A DNA stretch of 36,639 bases from an uncultured Clostridia bacterium (GTDB taxonomy: Bacteria; Bacillota; Clostridia; Lachnospirales; Lachnospiraceae). Positions within the stretch are counted from its first letter, which is position 1. Every line of letters begins with the position of its first letter. Location: the NCBI GenBank assembly GCA_945622055.1, contig CALZBV010000001.1:1-36639 (forward strand), given 5' to 3'. Below the pieces are notes generated by a model. That model saw nothing but the letters and a program-made list of their open reading frames with translations. It searched no databases and was not told the DNA's origin. Both the position numbers and the translations under genes were made by a program. Shown in pieces: positions 26,243 to 36,195 of this stretch.

Positions 26243-27250
26243 ATGGAACAGGAGATTTTTACACAAAAGACAAAGGAAGAGGTTTTATTTAACCTCAAAA
26301 AGTCACCGGATGCCTACAGACGTTTTCTCGGACTGGACGAAAGGTGGCAGGAGCTTTTCATGGCATTCTGCACGGGAAAGAAAACACTGCCGGTACTCTA
26401 TGACACCGTATTCAAGAAGCTGATGGATCCGGAAGTCCACAGGGACCGGCTTGAGGACTGTGTTTCCAGCCTGCTTGGGAGAAAGGTGAAAATCAGGAAA
26501 GTATTGCCTGTTGAGGATATCCTGATGGACGGGGAAACCATCATGGTCATGGATATTCTGGTGGAGCTTGACGACGGCTCACTGGTACTGGTGGAAATCC
26601 AGAAGGTGCCGTACTATTTTCCGGCGGAGCGGGCGTCCTGCTATTCCGCAGATTTGCTGCTCCGTCAGTACAACAGCTTGAAAAGCAAGAAGGGCAAGGA
26701 CTTCAGCTACAGGGATTTACAGAAGGTCTACACTATCATCCTGTATGAGAAAAGCACGGCAGAATTCAAAACCTGCAACGAGATATTCGTACATCACGCC
26801 TCCACAGTCTGTGACAGCGGACTGGAGCTGAATTTCTTACAGGAATTCTACCTTATAGCACTTGACGTATTTGCCAAAAGCGAGTATGCTAAAGTTAAGA
26901 AACCGAACGACCGGATAAATGCCTGGCTGTCCTTCTTCTGTACGGAAAATACAGAAGATGCGATAAGGCTTTGTGAGATTTACCCGTGGCTTTCGGAGGC
27001 TTATAAAGAAATGGCAGGGTTTGCAGCCAATCCGGAGGAGTTGATAGGTATGTTTTCAGAAATGTTGCACGAGTTAGACCGCAATACTACCCGCTATATG
27101 GTAGATGATATGAGGGAGAAAATAGAAAAACAGGGCAAAACCATTGTCGAGCAACAAGGGACTATTGCCGAACTGCAGGGGTCTGTTACCGAACTGCAGA
27201 GATTAGTTGATGAGCAAAGGGCTGAAATCAAACGTTTGATGAAAAAATAA
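26243..27250 (+). mobile_element. PD-(D/E)XK nuclease family putative transposase (Rpn / Transposase_31-like) CDS
   Basis: 335 aa. The nuclease core pattern is MVMDILVELDDGSLVLVEIQK. The C-terminus is a coiled coil (IVEQQGTIAELQGSVTELQRLVDEQRAEIKRL). SD GGGAGGAGG lies upstream. I did not see terminal inverted repeats. Confidence 0.7.
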
Positions 27251-27291
27251 TAAACCCCGCCCTTGTCTGTTACCTGCTGCAAGGTCGGGGG
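27241..27291 (-). terminator. hairpin between convergent genes; the T-run is on the minus strand (terminator of the ABC-F gene)
   Basis: CCCCGCCCTTG...CAAGGTCGGGG (5+5 bp with one mismatch). On the minus strand it is followed by TTTATTATTTTTTC. Confidence 0.55.
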
Positions 27292-27307
27292 TTCAACTGA
27301 CTAAGTT

Positions 27308-29347
27308 TTACTCCGCCAGCTCTTCCCATTGTTCCATCAGCTTCTCAAGCCTGCCTTCGATCTCTTCCCGTTCCTTACTTAATTCTGTCAGTTTTGTATG
27401 ATCGGAAGCAATATCCGGGTTGGAGAGAGCGGTATCCAGCTTCTCCATTTGTTTCTCCAGACGCTCGATTTCTTCTTCCGTCTTTTTTAGGTCATTCTGA
27501 CGTTTGCGGAGGCGTGCCTGTTCCTCCTTTTGCTGCTGCCAGTCGAGCTTTGTGTCTGTGACAGCAGAAGACATACTACCTCCCGCGGAAGTGGCCGCGT
27601 CAAAGCCTGCGGAAGCACCGGAAGAACCGGAAGTCCCGCGCACGGTGGGAGCACCCGAAGCAGAAACACTGCCGACAGAAGCGCCGGCCTTCCCTTTCCC
27701 TTCCATACCGTACCCGATACCCTCTAAATAGAGTCGTTCCGTAATTTCCTTCTTTTCCAGATAAAAGTCATAGTTCCCCGGATAATTAAGGAGAGTCTGC
27801 TCCGTCAAATCAAGGATTCTTGTTGCGGTTTTATTGATAAAATAACGGTCGTGGGAAACGTACAGGACGGTTCCCTCGTAGGCGTTAACGGCATCCTCTA
27901 GGATTTCCTTGGACACGATGTCTAAGTGATTCGTCGGCTCGTCCAAAATAAGCAGGTTCGCATCCGAAAGCATGAGTTTGGCTAAAGATACGCGCCCTCG
28001 TTCACCGCCGCTTAAATCACGGATGCGCTTAAATACATCGTCTCCGGTAAAGAGGAATGCGGCGAGGACATTGCGGATGGCTGTGTTATCCATATACGGA
28101 TAGGTGTCCTGCAGCTCGTCAAACAAGGTCTTTTCGGCATGGAGTACCTGATGCTCCTGGTCGTAATAGGCGATATGCACCTTAGCTCCCGGCTTGATTT
28201 CTCCGGCATCCGCAGGCAAAAGTCCATTTATTATTTTAAGAATTGTAGTCTTTCCGGTGCCGTTCTTTCCGATAATGGCAACCTTTTCTCCGCGCTTAAC
28301 GTCAAAGCTTAAATCCGAAAACAGAGTCTGACTGCCGAAGGATTTCGAGAGTCCGGTGACAGTAAGAACGTCGTTTCCGCTCATGATATGCGGCTCTAAG
28401 CGAATCTTCATTTTACTGCGTACCTCGGTCGGTTTTTCGATACGTTCTACTTTATCCAGCATTTTTTCACGGCTTTCCGCACGTCTGATAGACTTTTCAC
28501 GGTTAAAGGAGCGGAGCTTTGCGATAACCTCCTCCTGATGCTTGATTTCACGCTGCTGATTTAAGTAATGCTGAATCTGAGTTTCACGTTGCTGTTCCTT
28601 TTTGACAGCGTAAGCAGAGTAATTGCCGGAGAAGGTCTGTGCCTTTCCACCGTCCAGTTCTACTACCTTAGTGACTACACGGTCTAAAAAGTAACGGTCA
28701 TGGGCAACAATTAAAACTGCTCCCGGATAGTTCATCAGATATGTTTCCAGCCAGGCGATAGATTCCATGTCCAGATGGTTGGTCGGCTCGTCAAGCATAA
28801 TCAGATCCGGCGAGGTGAGGAGCAGCCGTCCGAGTGCAATGCGGGTTTTCTGACCGCCGGATAAGGTCTGAATCTGTTTTTGAAAATCTTCTTCCGAAAA
28901 GCCGAGTCCTTTTAAGACGCCGACTACCTCGCTTTTATAGGCATAGCCATTTTGCATTTCGAAGGTATGGGTCAGGGATGTGTACTCTTTCAGAAGTGAT
29001 TCGAGCGCATCGCCCTCAAGTCCTTTCATTTCAAGCTCTATTTCACGGATGCGGGCTTCGGTTTTAAGAATTTCCGCCTTGACGGAAAGCATTTCCTCAT
29101 AAACGGTACGTTCCGAGGAAAGGTCCTGATGCTGGGAAAGGTAGCCGATGGTAGCCCCCTTTGCGGTAATGACTTCTCCGGAATCAGCAGGATATTCCTG
29201 CATGATAATTTTCAACAGGGTGGATTTTCCTGCACCGTTGATGCCGACAATCGCCATCTTTTCGCGTTCATTTATGTGAAAGGAGACCTGGTTGAGAATG
29301 ACAGCTTCACCAAAGGATTTGATAATATTTTTACATGCGAGTAGCAT
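27308..29347 (-). CDS. ABC-F family ATPase (two ABC domains, no TM domain; ribosome-associated class) with a Gly/Ser/Ala-rich linker and a C-terminal coiled coil
   Basis: Two Walker A motifs (GINGAGKST, GKNGTGKTT) and two signatures (LSGGQK, LSGGER). ATG at 29347 is preceded by GGAGG. The 82 upstream codons of the ORF-track call are AT-rich promoter DNA. Confidence 0.88.
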   Translation of the reverse strand: MLLACKNIIKSFGEAVILNQVSFHINEREKMAIVGINGAGKSTLLKIIMQEYPADSGEVITAKGATIGYLSQHQDLSSERTVYEEMLSVKAEILKTEARIREIELEMKGLEGDALESLLKEYTSLTHTFEMQNGYAYKSEVVGVLKGLGFSEEDFQKQIQTLSGGQKTRIALGRLLLTSPDLIMLDEPTNHLDMESIAWLETYLMNYPGAVLIVAHDRYFLDRVVTKVVELDGGKAQTFSGNYSAYAVKKEQQRETQIQHYLNQQREIKHQEEVIAKLRSFNREKSIRRAESREKMLDKVERIEKPTEVRSKMKIRLEPHIMSGNDVLTVTGLSKSFGSQTLFSDLSFDVKRGEKVAIIGKNGTGKTTILKIINGLLPADAGEIKPGAKVHIAYYDQEHQVLHAEKTLFDELQDTYPYMDNTAIRNVLAAFLFTGDDVFKRIRDLSGGERGRVSLAKLMLSDANLLILDEPTNHLDIVSKEILEDAVNAYEGTVLYVSHDRYFINKTATRILDLTEQTLLNYPGNYDFYLEKKEITERLYLEGIGYGMEGKGKAGASVGSVSASGAPTVRGTSGSSGASAGFDAATSAGGSMSSAVTDTKLDWQQQKEEQARLRKRQNDLKKTEEEIERLEKQMEKLDTALSNPDIASDHTKLTELSKEREEIEGRLEKLMEQWEELAE

Positions 29348-29492
29348 AAAACCTCCAAAATACAGTAATACATAGATGTCAAAGCAAATTTCCACGAATA
29401 AATTATACAATAAGCAGAAGAGAAAAACAAGGTGCCAAATCCGGTCAGACGGTAAAATGAAACGAAAATGAAAAAACAATTTTATTATTTTC

Positions 29493-29521
29493 TTGAAAAA
29501 AATATACAAATGATATATAAT
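29493..29521 (+). promoter_or_regulatory. sigma-A promoter: TTGAAA, 17-nt spacer, TATAAT
   Basis: -35 at 29493..29498 and -10 at 29516..29521, in the AT-rich divergent intergenic region. Confidence 0.55.
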
Positions 29522-29576
29522 TATAATATAAAACTGACGATTTTGGGGAATATAGGAGAAGAAAGGAGTGGACAGG

Positions 29577-31175
29577 ATGTTTATAGAATTCATCGGTGCG
29601 GATCATGAGGTGACCGGTAGCTGTCATTATCTGGAATTGGCGGGAACGCATCTTCTGGTTGACTGCGGAATGGAGCAGGGAACGGATGTCTATGAGAACC
29701 AGGAGCTTCCGGTAAATGCCGGAGAAATCGATTATATCCTTTTGACGCATGCGCATATTGACCATACAGGGCTGCTTCCGCTGATGTATGCAAGAGGCTT
29801 CCGTGGAAAAGTATACACAACGGGAGCAACGAGAGACCTCTGTGATATTATGCTTCGGGACTCTGCGCATATCCAGATGTTTGAGGCAGAATGGAAAAAC
29901 AGAAAGGCAAAACGTTCGGGACTTCCGGAGGTTGTACCGCTCTACACGATGGAGGATGCCTTTGGCGTGATGAAGCATTTTGTTCCGTGTGACTATGGAG
30001 TGAAGGTTAGTCTGACGGACAATATCACGATACGCTTTACGGATGTCGGACATCTCCTCGGCTCTGCAAGTATTGAAATCTGGGCAAGTGAGGGAGAAGA
30101 TAAAGTAAAGCTTGTATTTTCCGGTGATATCGGAAACAAGTCCCAGCCGATTTTACGCGATCCGATCATGACGGATGAGGCAGACTATGTGATTATGGAG
30201 TCTACCTACGGAGACCGTTATCACGGGGAACACCCGGACTATGTAGGAGATCTGGCGGCAATTATCCAAAAGACACTGGACCGTGGCGGGAATGTGGTAA
30301 TTCCGGCCTTTGCAGTTGGAAGAACCCAGGAGCTTTTGTATTTTATCCGTAAGATTAAGCTCGATGGTCTGGTTCACGGACATGACGGATTCCCGGTATA
30401 TGTGGATAGTCCGCTTGCAATTGAAGCAACGACGATTTTCAACCGAAATGTCAACGGTTATTTTGACGAAGAGGCAATGGAGCTCGTACGACAGGGTGTG
30501 AATCCGATTTCTTTTCCGGGTCTTCGGACTGCGATTACGAGTGAAGAATCGAAAATGATTAACATGGATACACAGCCGAAGGTTATTATTTCCGCTTCCG
30601 GTATGTGTGAAGCGGGGCGTATCCGTCATCATCTGAAGCATAATCTCTGGAGAGCAAATTCCTCGATTGTATTTGTCGGATATCAGGCAAATGGGACGTT
30701 GGGACGCTCCCTGCTTGAGGGCATTGATGAGGTAAATCTGTTCGGAGAGCCGGTAGAGGTACGTGCGGAGATTTGCAAGCTGGAGGGCATCAGCGGACAT
30801 GCGGATAAAAACGGATTGATTCAGTGGGTTACCCAGATTGAGAGACCTCATAAGGTTTTTGTGGTTCATGGAGAGGATTCGGTTTGCGACCTTTTTGCGA
30901 ATTGTCTGAAAACGGAATATGGTCTGGATGCAGAGGCCCCGTATTCCGGTCACCGGTATGATCTTTTGGGAAAATGCTGGGTGGCACAGGAGGCGCCGAT
31001 TTACGCTCAAAAGAAGGAAAAAGCAAAAAAACGCAAGGTGGAGGTGTTCGAACGCCTTCTTGCCGCAGGTCAGAGGCTGCTTAGCGTTATCCGCAGAAAT
31101 GAGGGCGGAGCGAACAAGGACCTTGCGCGATTTGCGGACCAGATCAATCAGCTTTGTGATAAGTGGGACAGATAA
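29577..31175 (+). CDS. MBL-fold beta-CASP family RNA-metabolising hydrolase
   Basis: HAHIDHTG metallo-beta-lactamase motif. The beta-CASP elements are DYVIMESTYG and ISGHAD near the C-terminal third. ATG 29577 lies 8 nt after AAAGGAG. Confidence 0.82.
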   Translation: MFIEFIGADHEVTGSCHYLELAGTHLLVDCGMEQGTDVYENQELPVNAGEIDYILLTHAHIDHTGLLPLMYARGFRGKVYTTGATRDLCDIMLRDSAHIQMFEAEWKNRKAKRSGLPEVVPLYTMEDAFGVMKHFVPCDYGVKVSLTDNITIRFTDVGHLLGSASIEIWASEGEDKVKLVFSGDIGNKSQPILRDPIMTDEADYVIMESTYGDRYHGEHPDYVGDLAAIIQKTLDRGGNVVIPAFAVGRTQELLYFIRKIKLDGLVHGHDGFPVYVDSPLAIEATTIFNRNVNGYFDEEAMELVRQGVNPISFPGLRTAITSEESKMINMDTQPKVIISASGMCEAGRIRHHLKHNLWRANSSIVFVGYQANGTLGRSLLEGIDEVNLFGEPVEVRAEICKLEGISGHADKNGLIQWVTQIERPHKVFVVHGEDSVCDLFANCLKTEYGLDAEAPYSGHRYDLLGKCWVAQEAPIYAQKKEKAKKRKVEVFERLLAAGQRLLSVIRRNEGGANKDLARFADQINQLCDKWDR

Positions 31176-32018
31176 TTACCGTTTCAGACTCATAAATTCT
31201 TCAAAACAAACACCATTTTGTTCTTCAATGCCTCTTTTTGCAGAGGCATTGAGACATTTACAAACAAAGCGTCCGGAGCTTTTCACGGAGGCAGGAAAGT
31301 CTTTTTGTAACAGGGCATCTGCGGCAATCAGGGAGGAAAATACATCTCCCGTGCCACAGCGAAGCCCTGTTATTTTTTTATTTGCGGTCATTCCGGAGGA
31401 AAGGGTGCCATCTGTATTTCGAACAGCGTAGAAGCTGCCAATCCGGTCCTTTAAGAGTAGTCCGGTAATAACAAGCTTCTGACCGTTTTTGGGAATTAAC
31501 GTTTCTGCAAGCGTCAGGAGCTCCTTTTTGGAAAAATGCTCCTTGTACGGAGTATCTGTTAAGAGACAGGCTTCTGTAATATTCGGAGTCAGAATATCGG
31601 CAAGCGTGACCAGCTTCTTCATTTCCCTGCAATGCTTTTTTGTAAAGGTCTGATAGGGGGAGCCGTTGTCGCCCATAACCGGATCAACAATGATTTGAGT
31701 TGTGGAGGTGCGAAACCTCTGAATAAACTCAATGACAAGGTCCACCTGTTTTACGGAACCCAAAAACCCGGTCAGAATGCCGTCAAAGGAAAGCGAAAGC
31801 TTTTCCCATTCTGCAAAAAAAGACGGAAGCTTATCGGTATAGTCTTCCATAAAAAAGGAAGGAAAGCCGGTATGATTGGAAAGAATTGCGGTCGGGACAG
31901 GACAGGCCTGAAATCCGTGTGCGGAGAGAAGCGGAAGGGAAACAGTGAGCGCACAACGTCCGTATCCCGTTAAATCTCCCAAAATAGCAATCTTCTTTTG
32001 TCTGTTATCCGTACTCAT
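31176..32018 (-). CDS. pdxK: pyridoxal/pyridoxamine kinase (ribokinase-like PdxK/PdxY family)
   Basis: 280 aa. The N-terminal segment KKIAILGDLTGYGRCALTVSLPLLSA and the DPVMGDNG segment are typical of pyridoxamine kinases. A GTGD-like anion hole (CGTGDVFSS) is present. Confidence 0.75.
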   Translation of the reverse strand: MSTDNRQKKIAILGDLTGYGRCALTVSLPLLSAHGFQACPVPTAILSNHTGFPSFFMEDYTDKLPSFFAEWEKLSLSFDGILTGFLGSVKQVDLVIEFIQRFRTSTTQIIVDPVMGDNGSPYQTFTKKHCREMKKLVTLADILTPNITEACLLTDTPYKEHFSKKELLTLAETLIPKNGQKLVITGLLLKDRIGSFYAVRNTDGTLSSGMTANKKITGLRCGTGDVFSSLIAADALLQKDFPASVKSSGRFVCKCLNASAKRGIEEQNGVCFEEFMSLKR

Positions 32019-32035
32019 ACGAACTTCCCCATTCC

Positions 32036-32863
32036 TTAAATAGTTTTTGTATCGTCCAGAAAGTATTTTTCAATAATCGGAACCAAACCGTCCTCGTCGT
32101 TTGTGAGAGTAATCACATCGGCACTTTCCTTTACTTCCTTCTGGGCATTTCCCATAGCGACGCCCACGCCGGCAAAACGGAGCATCGTGATGTCGTTGTA
32201 GCCGTCACCACAGCAGACACATTCCTCACGGCTGATTCCAAGCGATGGAAGAAGTCGTTCAAGTGCATGTGCCTTGTCGATGGCAGGAGGCATAATTTCA
32301 AGGAAGAACGGTTCGGAACGATAAATGTTCAGAACACCGTAATAACGTTTGGCAAGCTCTTCGGTCAGTGGAGCCAGAAGGTCAGGCTCTCCACTGATTA
32401 AGCACTTATTGATTGGAAACGTAACCGCTTCCACAAGGTCCGGAACCTGAATGATTTTCAGGTTATTGATTCTGGATTCCAGTTCCATGTATTGATCTAC
32501 CCGGGAGGCAGTGATTACATTGTCCTGACAGTCGTACGTAATCAGACCGACCTCATGTTCCCCGGCATACGTTACAATCTGCGGAAGAAACTGTTTTGGA
32601 AATGGGTGATTGTAGAGGATTTCTCCGGTTGCAGGGCGCACAATACGGGCGCCGTTATAGGATATAATCAGGCCGTTGTATTCCCTTAGGCGGAGCTCAT
32701 CGATGAGCCAGTTGGTGCCGGAGGTTGGGCGGCCGGTTGCAATGGCTGCAATTCCGCCGTTTTCCTGCAGGGCATAAATTGCTTTCCTGGTAGCAGGGGT
32801 GATTTCTTTTTTGGAATTGGTCAGTGTTCCGTCAATGTCGAGAACCAGAATTTTGTGTTTCAT
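32036..32863 (-). CDS. Cof-type HAD-IIB family hydrolase (sugar-phosphate phosphatase-like)
   Basis: Motifs DIDGTL, ATGRP and GDGYNDITM are present. Confidence 0.85.
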   Translation of the reverse strand: MKHKILVLDIDGTLTNSKKEITPATRKAIYALQENGGIAAIATGRPTSGTNWLIDELRLREYNGLIISYNGARIVRPATGEILYNHPFPKQFLPQIVTYAGEHEVGLITYDCQDNVITASRVDQYMELESRINNLKIIQVPDLVEAVTFPINKCLISGEPDLLAPLTEELAKRYYGVLNIYRSEPFFLEIMPPAIDKAHALERLLPSLGISREECVCCGDGYNDITMLRFAGVGVAMGNAQKEVKESADVITLTNDEDGLVPIIEKYFLDDTKTI

Positions 32864-32875
32864 CGGGAGTCCTTT

Positions 32876-34378
32876 CTACAGCTGATACAGCCGGGTGTAT
32901 TTTTCCTTTAAATAATCAATATAGTAATCCGGGTTAAATTCTTCTCCGGTCATACGAACGAGAAGTGTATTCGCGTCATAAACAGAGCCGTACTGATGCA
33001 CATGCTCGCGTAAAAATTCGCGAATTTCGGAAAGCTTTCCCTGTCTTAAGAGGTCCTCTACCGGAAGTTTTTTCTCCATGAAGGCATAAATCTGGGAGGC
33101 GATTGCGGTTCCCAATGCATAGGACGGGAAATAGCCAAAGCTTCCCATTGCCCAGTGGATATCCTGTAAAATGCCTTCGGTATCATTTTGCGGCGTAACG
33201 CCGAGGTACTCCTCATATTTCTGATTCCAAAGCTTCGGAAGCTCCGAAACCTCACATTCGTCGTTAAAAATCATCTTTTCCAGTTCATAACGAATCATTA
33301 CGTGAAGAGAATAGGTCAGTTCGTCAGCTTCTGTGCGGATAAGACTCGGTTCGGCTTTGTTGATGCCATGAATGAACTGGTCAAGGGAAACATCGGAAAG
33401 TGTAGTGCCAAACATCTTCTGAAGCTTTGGATAAACCGGTGCCCAGAAGGCTTCACTTCGTCCAATCAGGTTTTCATAGAAACGAGACTGGGATTCATGC
33501 ATTCCCATGGTAATCATGGCAGCAGGAGTCTGTGTAAGTGTATCGGCGATTCCCATTTCGTAAATGGCGTGTCCGCCCTCGTGAATTACGGAGAAAATCG
33601 CACTTTCCAGATTGTTTTTATAATAGTGGTTTGTAATTCGTACATCATGGTTATGAAGACCGGTGGTAAACGGGTGCTCGGTTTCAGAGATGACTCCGCG
33701 GTTAAAATCAAATCCGATGTAGCCGGCCAGAAAATTGCATAGCTTTTTCTGCTTTCCGATGGGGAAGGAGCGGTAATTATAGGATTTGTCAATTTTGTCA
33801 TTGTGTCTGCAAACCTTCCTGATTAACGGAACCAGTTCTTCTTTCAAATGCGCAAAGAACGGGTCCAGCACCTTTATGGTAAAGCCCGGCTCATATTCTT
33901 CCAGAAGAAGATCGTATATTTTCTCACCCTTCTTTGCTCGGTATGCTGTAAAGCGTTTCGTGTACGCAATCATTTTTTCCAAAACCGGAGCATATTCAGA
34001 GAAATTGCCGGTTTGCTTTGCATGGCAGTAAATCTGCTGGGCGGTTGCACAGAACTCGGCATATTCACGATATTCTTCCGGCGGAATATGGGAAAGCCGG
34101 TCATAGGTGCGTTTGATGTGACGAACGATGGAGCGCTCTGTATCGGATAATGTTTTAATTTCTTTTTCTGTTGAAAGCTGTTCTACAAGAGAAATTACTT
34201 CATCGTTTACGAAAACGTGATAGGCTTCTTCGGAAAGTATACCGACAGCCTTTGCGGTAAGTGCACCTGCATCCGGTGGAGCAAGTGTCTCGGTATCCCA
34301 GGACAGAAGCGTTAACGCCGTATCGTAAGCACTGTTTTTTTCAATATAGGGAAGCAGTTTTTGATAAAGCCTGTTCAT
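32876..34378 (-). CDS. M32-family (Taq-type) metallocarboxypeptidase
   Basis: 500 aa with the HEGGHAIYE zinc motif, HESQSRF and DIHW motifs. Confidence 0.88.
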   Translation of the reverse strand: MNRLYQKLLPYIEKNSAYDTALTLLSWDTETLAPPDAGALTAKAVGILSEEAYHVFVNDEVISLVEQLSTEKEIKTLSDTERSIVRHIKRTYDRLSHIPPEEYREYAEFCATAQQIYCHAKQTGNFSEYAPVLEKMIAYTKRFTAYRAKKGEKIYDLLLEEYEPGFTIKVLDPFFAHLKEELVPLIRKVCRHNDKIDKSYNYRSFPIGKQKKLCNFLAGYIGFDFNRGVISETEHPFTTGLHNHDVRITNHYYKNNLESAIFSVIHEGGHAIYEMGIADTLTQTPAAMITMGMHESQSRFYENLIGRSEAFWAPVYPKLQKMFGTTLSDVSLDQFIHGINKAEPSLIRTEADELTYSLHVMIRYELEKMIFNDECEVSELPKLWNQKYEEYLGVTPQNDTEGILQDIHWAMGSFGYFPSYALGTAIASQIYAFMEKKLPVEDLLRQGKLSEIREFLREHVHQYGSVYDANTLLVRMTGEEFNPDYYIDYLKEKYTRLYQL

Positions 34379-34546
34379 AATTGGTCCTTTCCGTGTTTGT
34401 GATCTTTCACTGCGCGAGGGTTGTAAGCAAGCTTACGAATCCTCGCTTCGTTTGCATTATATCATTCATTTGGTAGTATGACAAGAAGTTCGTTTGTATA
34501 AAGCCGTAAAAAGCAGGGAAAAATGGAGGGAAAAGGAGGTTATTTT

Positions 34547-35818
34547 ATGAGTAAAATCATGAGAATTACAGGACGTGAAATCATTGATTCGCGTTCGTAT
34601 CCGACGGTGGAAGCAACTGTCTGGCTGGAAAACGGAGGAGTCGGGACGGCAGCGGTTCCGTCCGGCGCTTCTACCGGAGCCTTTGAGGCTACGGAGCTTC
34701 GGGACGGAGAACAGGAGCGTTACAATGGAAAAGGGGTGAAGCATGCGGTTGCCCATGTGAATGAGGATATCTCAAAACAGCTTTTCGGAAAGGATGCCTT
34801 TTTTCAAGAGAAAGCCGATGAGGCTATGAAAGCACTGGATGGTACGGAGCAGAAATCAAATCTGGGAGCAAATGCGATTCTGGCGGTCTCTCTTGCAATT
34901 GCAAAAGCGGAGGCGGACGGCAGGAAGCTGCCGTTATACCGTTACATTGGCGGGGCCGCTGCGAAAAAGCTCCCGCTTCCGATGATGAACATCTTAAATG
35001 GAGGACGGCATGCAGGAAATAATCTGGATGTACAGGAATTTATGATTGTTCCGGTTGGCGCAGAAAATTTTTCCACCGGATTACGCCGGTGCTGTGAGGT
35101 ATATCATGCCCTGGCGGCGATTTTAAAGGAAAAGGGGCTATCGCTTGGAATCGGAGACGAAGGGGGCTTTGCACCGGATCTTGAGAGTGAAGAGGAAGCC
35201 ATAGAACTGATTCTTTCTGCAATCGAAAAAGCAGGGTATACGGCAGGTGTCGGACAGGACTTCTGTATTTCGCTTGATGTTGCTGCCAGTGAATGGAAGG
35301 AGGAACGAAAAAATGCCGGACAGTTTTCGTATCATCTGCCTAAGAAGGGACTGGATTATACAACAGAGGGTCTGATTGAGCATTGGGACCACCTTACCAG
35401 AAAATATCCGATTTTTTCACTGGAGGACCCGCTGGATGAAGAAGACTGGGAGGGCTGGAAAATCCTCACCGGAAAGCTTGGGGAACGTGTGATGCTGGTA
35501 GGAGATGATTTGTTTGTAACAAATCCGAAGCGGCTTTCTCATGGAATTAAGCATGGTGCCGCCAATGCGATTCTTATTAAACCGAACCAGATAGGAACTC
35601 TTTCGGAGACAATGGAAGCAGTAAGAATTGCAAAGGAGCATGGATACCGTGCGATATTGTCCCATCGAAGCGGAGAAACGGAGGATACAACAATTGCAGA
35701 CCTTGCGGTAGGATTGAATACCGGGCTGATAAAGACAGGTGCTCCGTGCAGAGGTGAGCGTACCGCAAAATACAACCGCCTGCTTCAGATTGAAGCGGAG
35801 CTTTGCAATAAGTATTAA
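34547..35818 (+). CDS. eno: enolase (phosphopyruvate hydratase), somewhat divergent N-terminal region
   Basis: Motifs [54 protein letters not shown] and [22 protein letters not shown] are present. ATG 34547 lies behind AAGGAGG. Confidence 0.9.
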   Translation: MSKIMRITGREIIDSRSYPTVEATVWLENGGVGTAAVPSGASTGAFEATELRDGEQERYNGKGVKHAVAHVNEDISKQLFGKDAFFQEKADEAMKALDGTEQKSNLGANAILAVSLAIAKAEADGRKLPLYRYIGGAAAKKLPLPMMNILNGGRHAGNNLDVQEFMIVPVGAENFSTGLRRCCEVYHALAAILKEKGLSLGIGDEGGFAPDLESEEEAIELILSAIEKAGYTAGVGQDFCISLDVAASEWKEERKNAGQFSYHLPKKGLDYTTEGLIEHWDHLTRKYPIFSLEDPLDEEDWEGWKILTGKLGERVMLVGDDLFVTNPKRLSHGIKHGAANAILIKPNQIGTLSETMEAVRIAKEHGYRAILSHRSGETEDTTIADLAVGLNTGLIKTGAPCRGERTAKYNRLLQIEAELCNKY

Positions 35819-35872
35819 ATACTATCTGTGTGCCGGAGGCATTTTGTGCCTGTCCGCCTGTTTTGCAGGCAC

Positions 35873-35915
35873 AAAAAACCACCTTACCGAAGGCAGAGAA
35901 TGCCGGGTAAGGTGG
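35873..35915 (-). terminator. intrinsic terminator for the minus-strand small gene; its hairpin may also stop enolase transcription
   Basis: CCACCTTACC...GGTAAGGTGG, a 10-bp stem with an inner GGCA/TGCC stem. On the minus strand it is followed by TTTTTT (the plus-strand A-run at 35873..35878). Confidence 0.6.
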
Positions 35916-35924
35916 TTACATAAC

Positions 35925-36119
35925 TTATTTGCCGCCAACCAAAATCGGCTCCTGGTTGGTACAGCGGTAATATTTAATTACATTTCCGCTTTCCATTGCG
36001 ATTTTTTCCGGCGGAATCAGGTTAATGTTGCGGGAATATGCAACAGGATAATAGATCGTAAAGTTCTCCCCAAAGCTTTCGTCATAAGGAAGCAGTGGAG
36101 TATATGTTTTCTCACTCAT
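35925..36119 (-). CDS. hypothetical small protein (64 aa)
   Basis: Open frame MSEKTYTPLLPYDESFGENFTIYYPVAYSRN... with GAGGA 8 nt upstream of the ATG at 36119. A terminator lies downstream. I do not recognise a family. Confidence 0.4.
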   Translation of the reverse strand: MSEKTYTPLLPYDESFGENFTIYYPVAYSRNINLIPPEKIAMESGNVIKYYRCTNQEPILVGGK

Positions 36120-36195
36120 AGGCATTATCCTCACAAATTCTGTGAAGTCTCCTTATCCTTATCATAGCACCGGAGGTGAAAAAAATCAAGGAAAT

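Noticed and set aside
29348-29593. The 82-codon N-terminal extension of the ABC-F ORF (MNSINILSTPFFSYIPQNRQFYIIIIYHLY...)
   Set aside because: It is a low-complexity translation of the AT-rich divergent promoter region. The ATG at 29347 has a GGAGG SD, and the first Walker A follows at the normal distance.
35842-35877. A perfect 11-bp hairpin (TTTTGTGCCTG...CAGGCACAAAA) after enolase, considered as a terminator
   Set aside because: The T-tract is 5' and the A-tract is 3' of the stem, and they pair with each other, so neither strand gets a free U-tail. The adjacent hairpin at 35879..35915 is the better terminator candidate, and clearly so on the minus strand.
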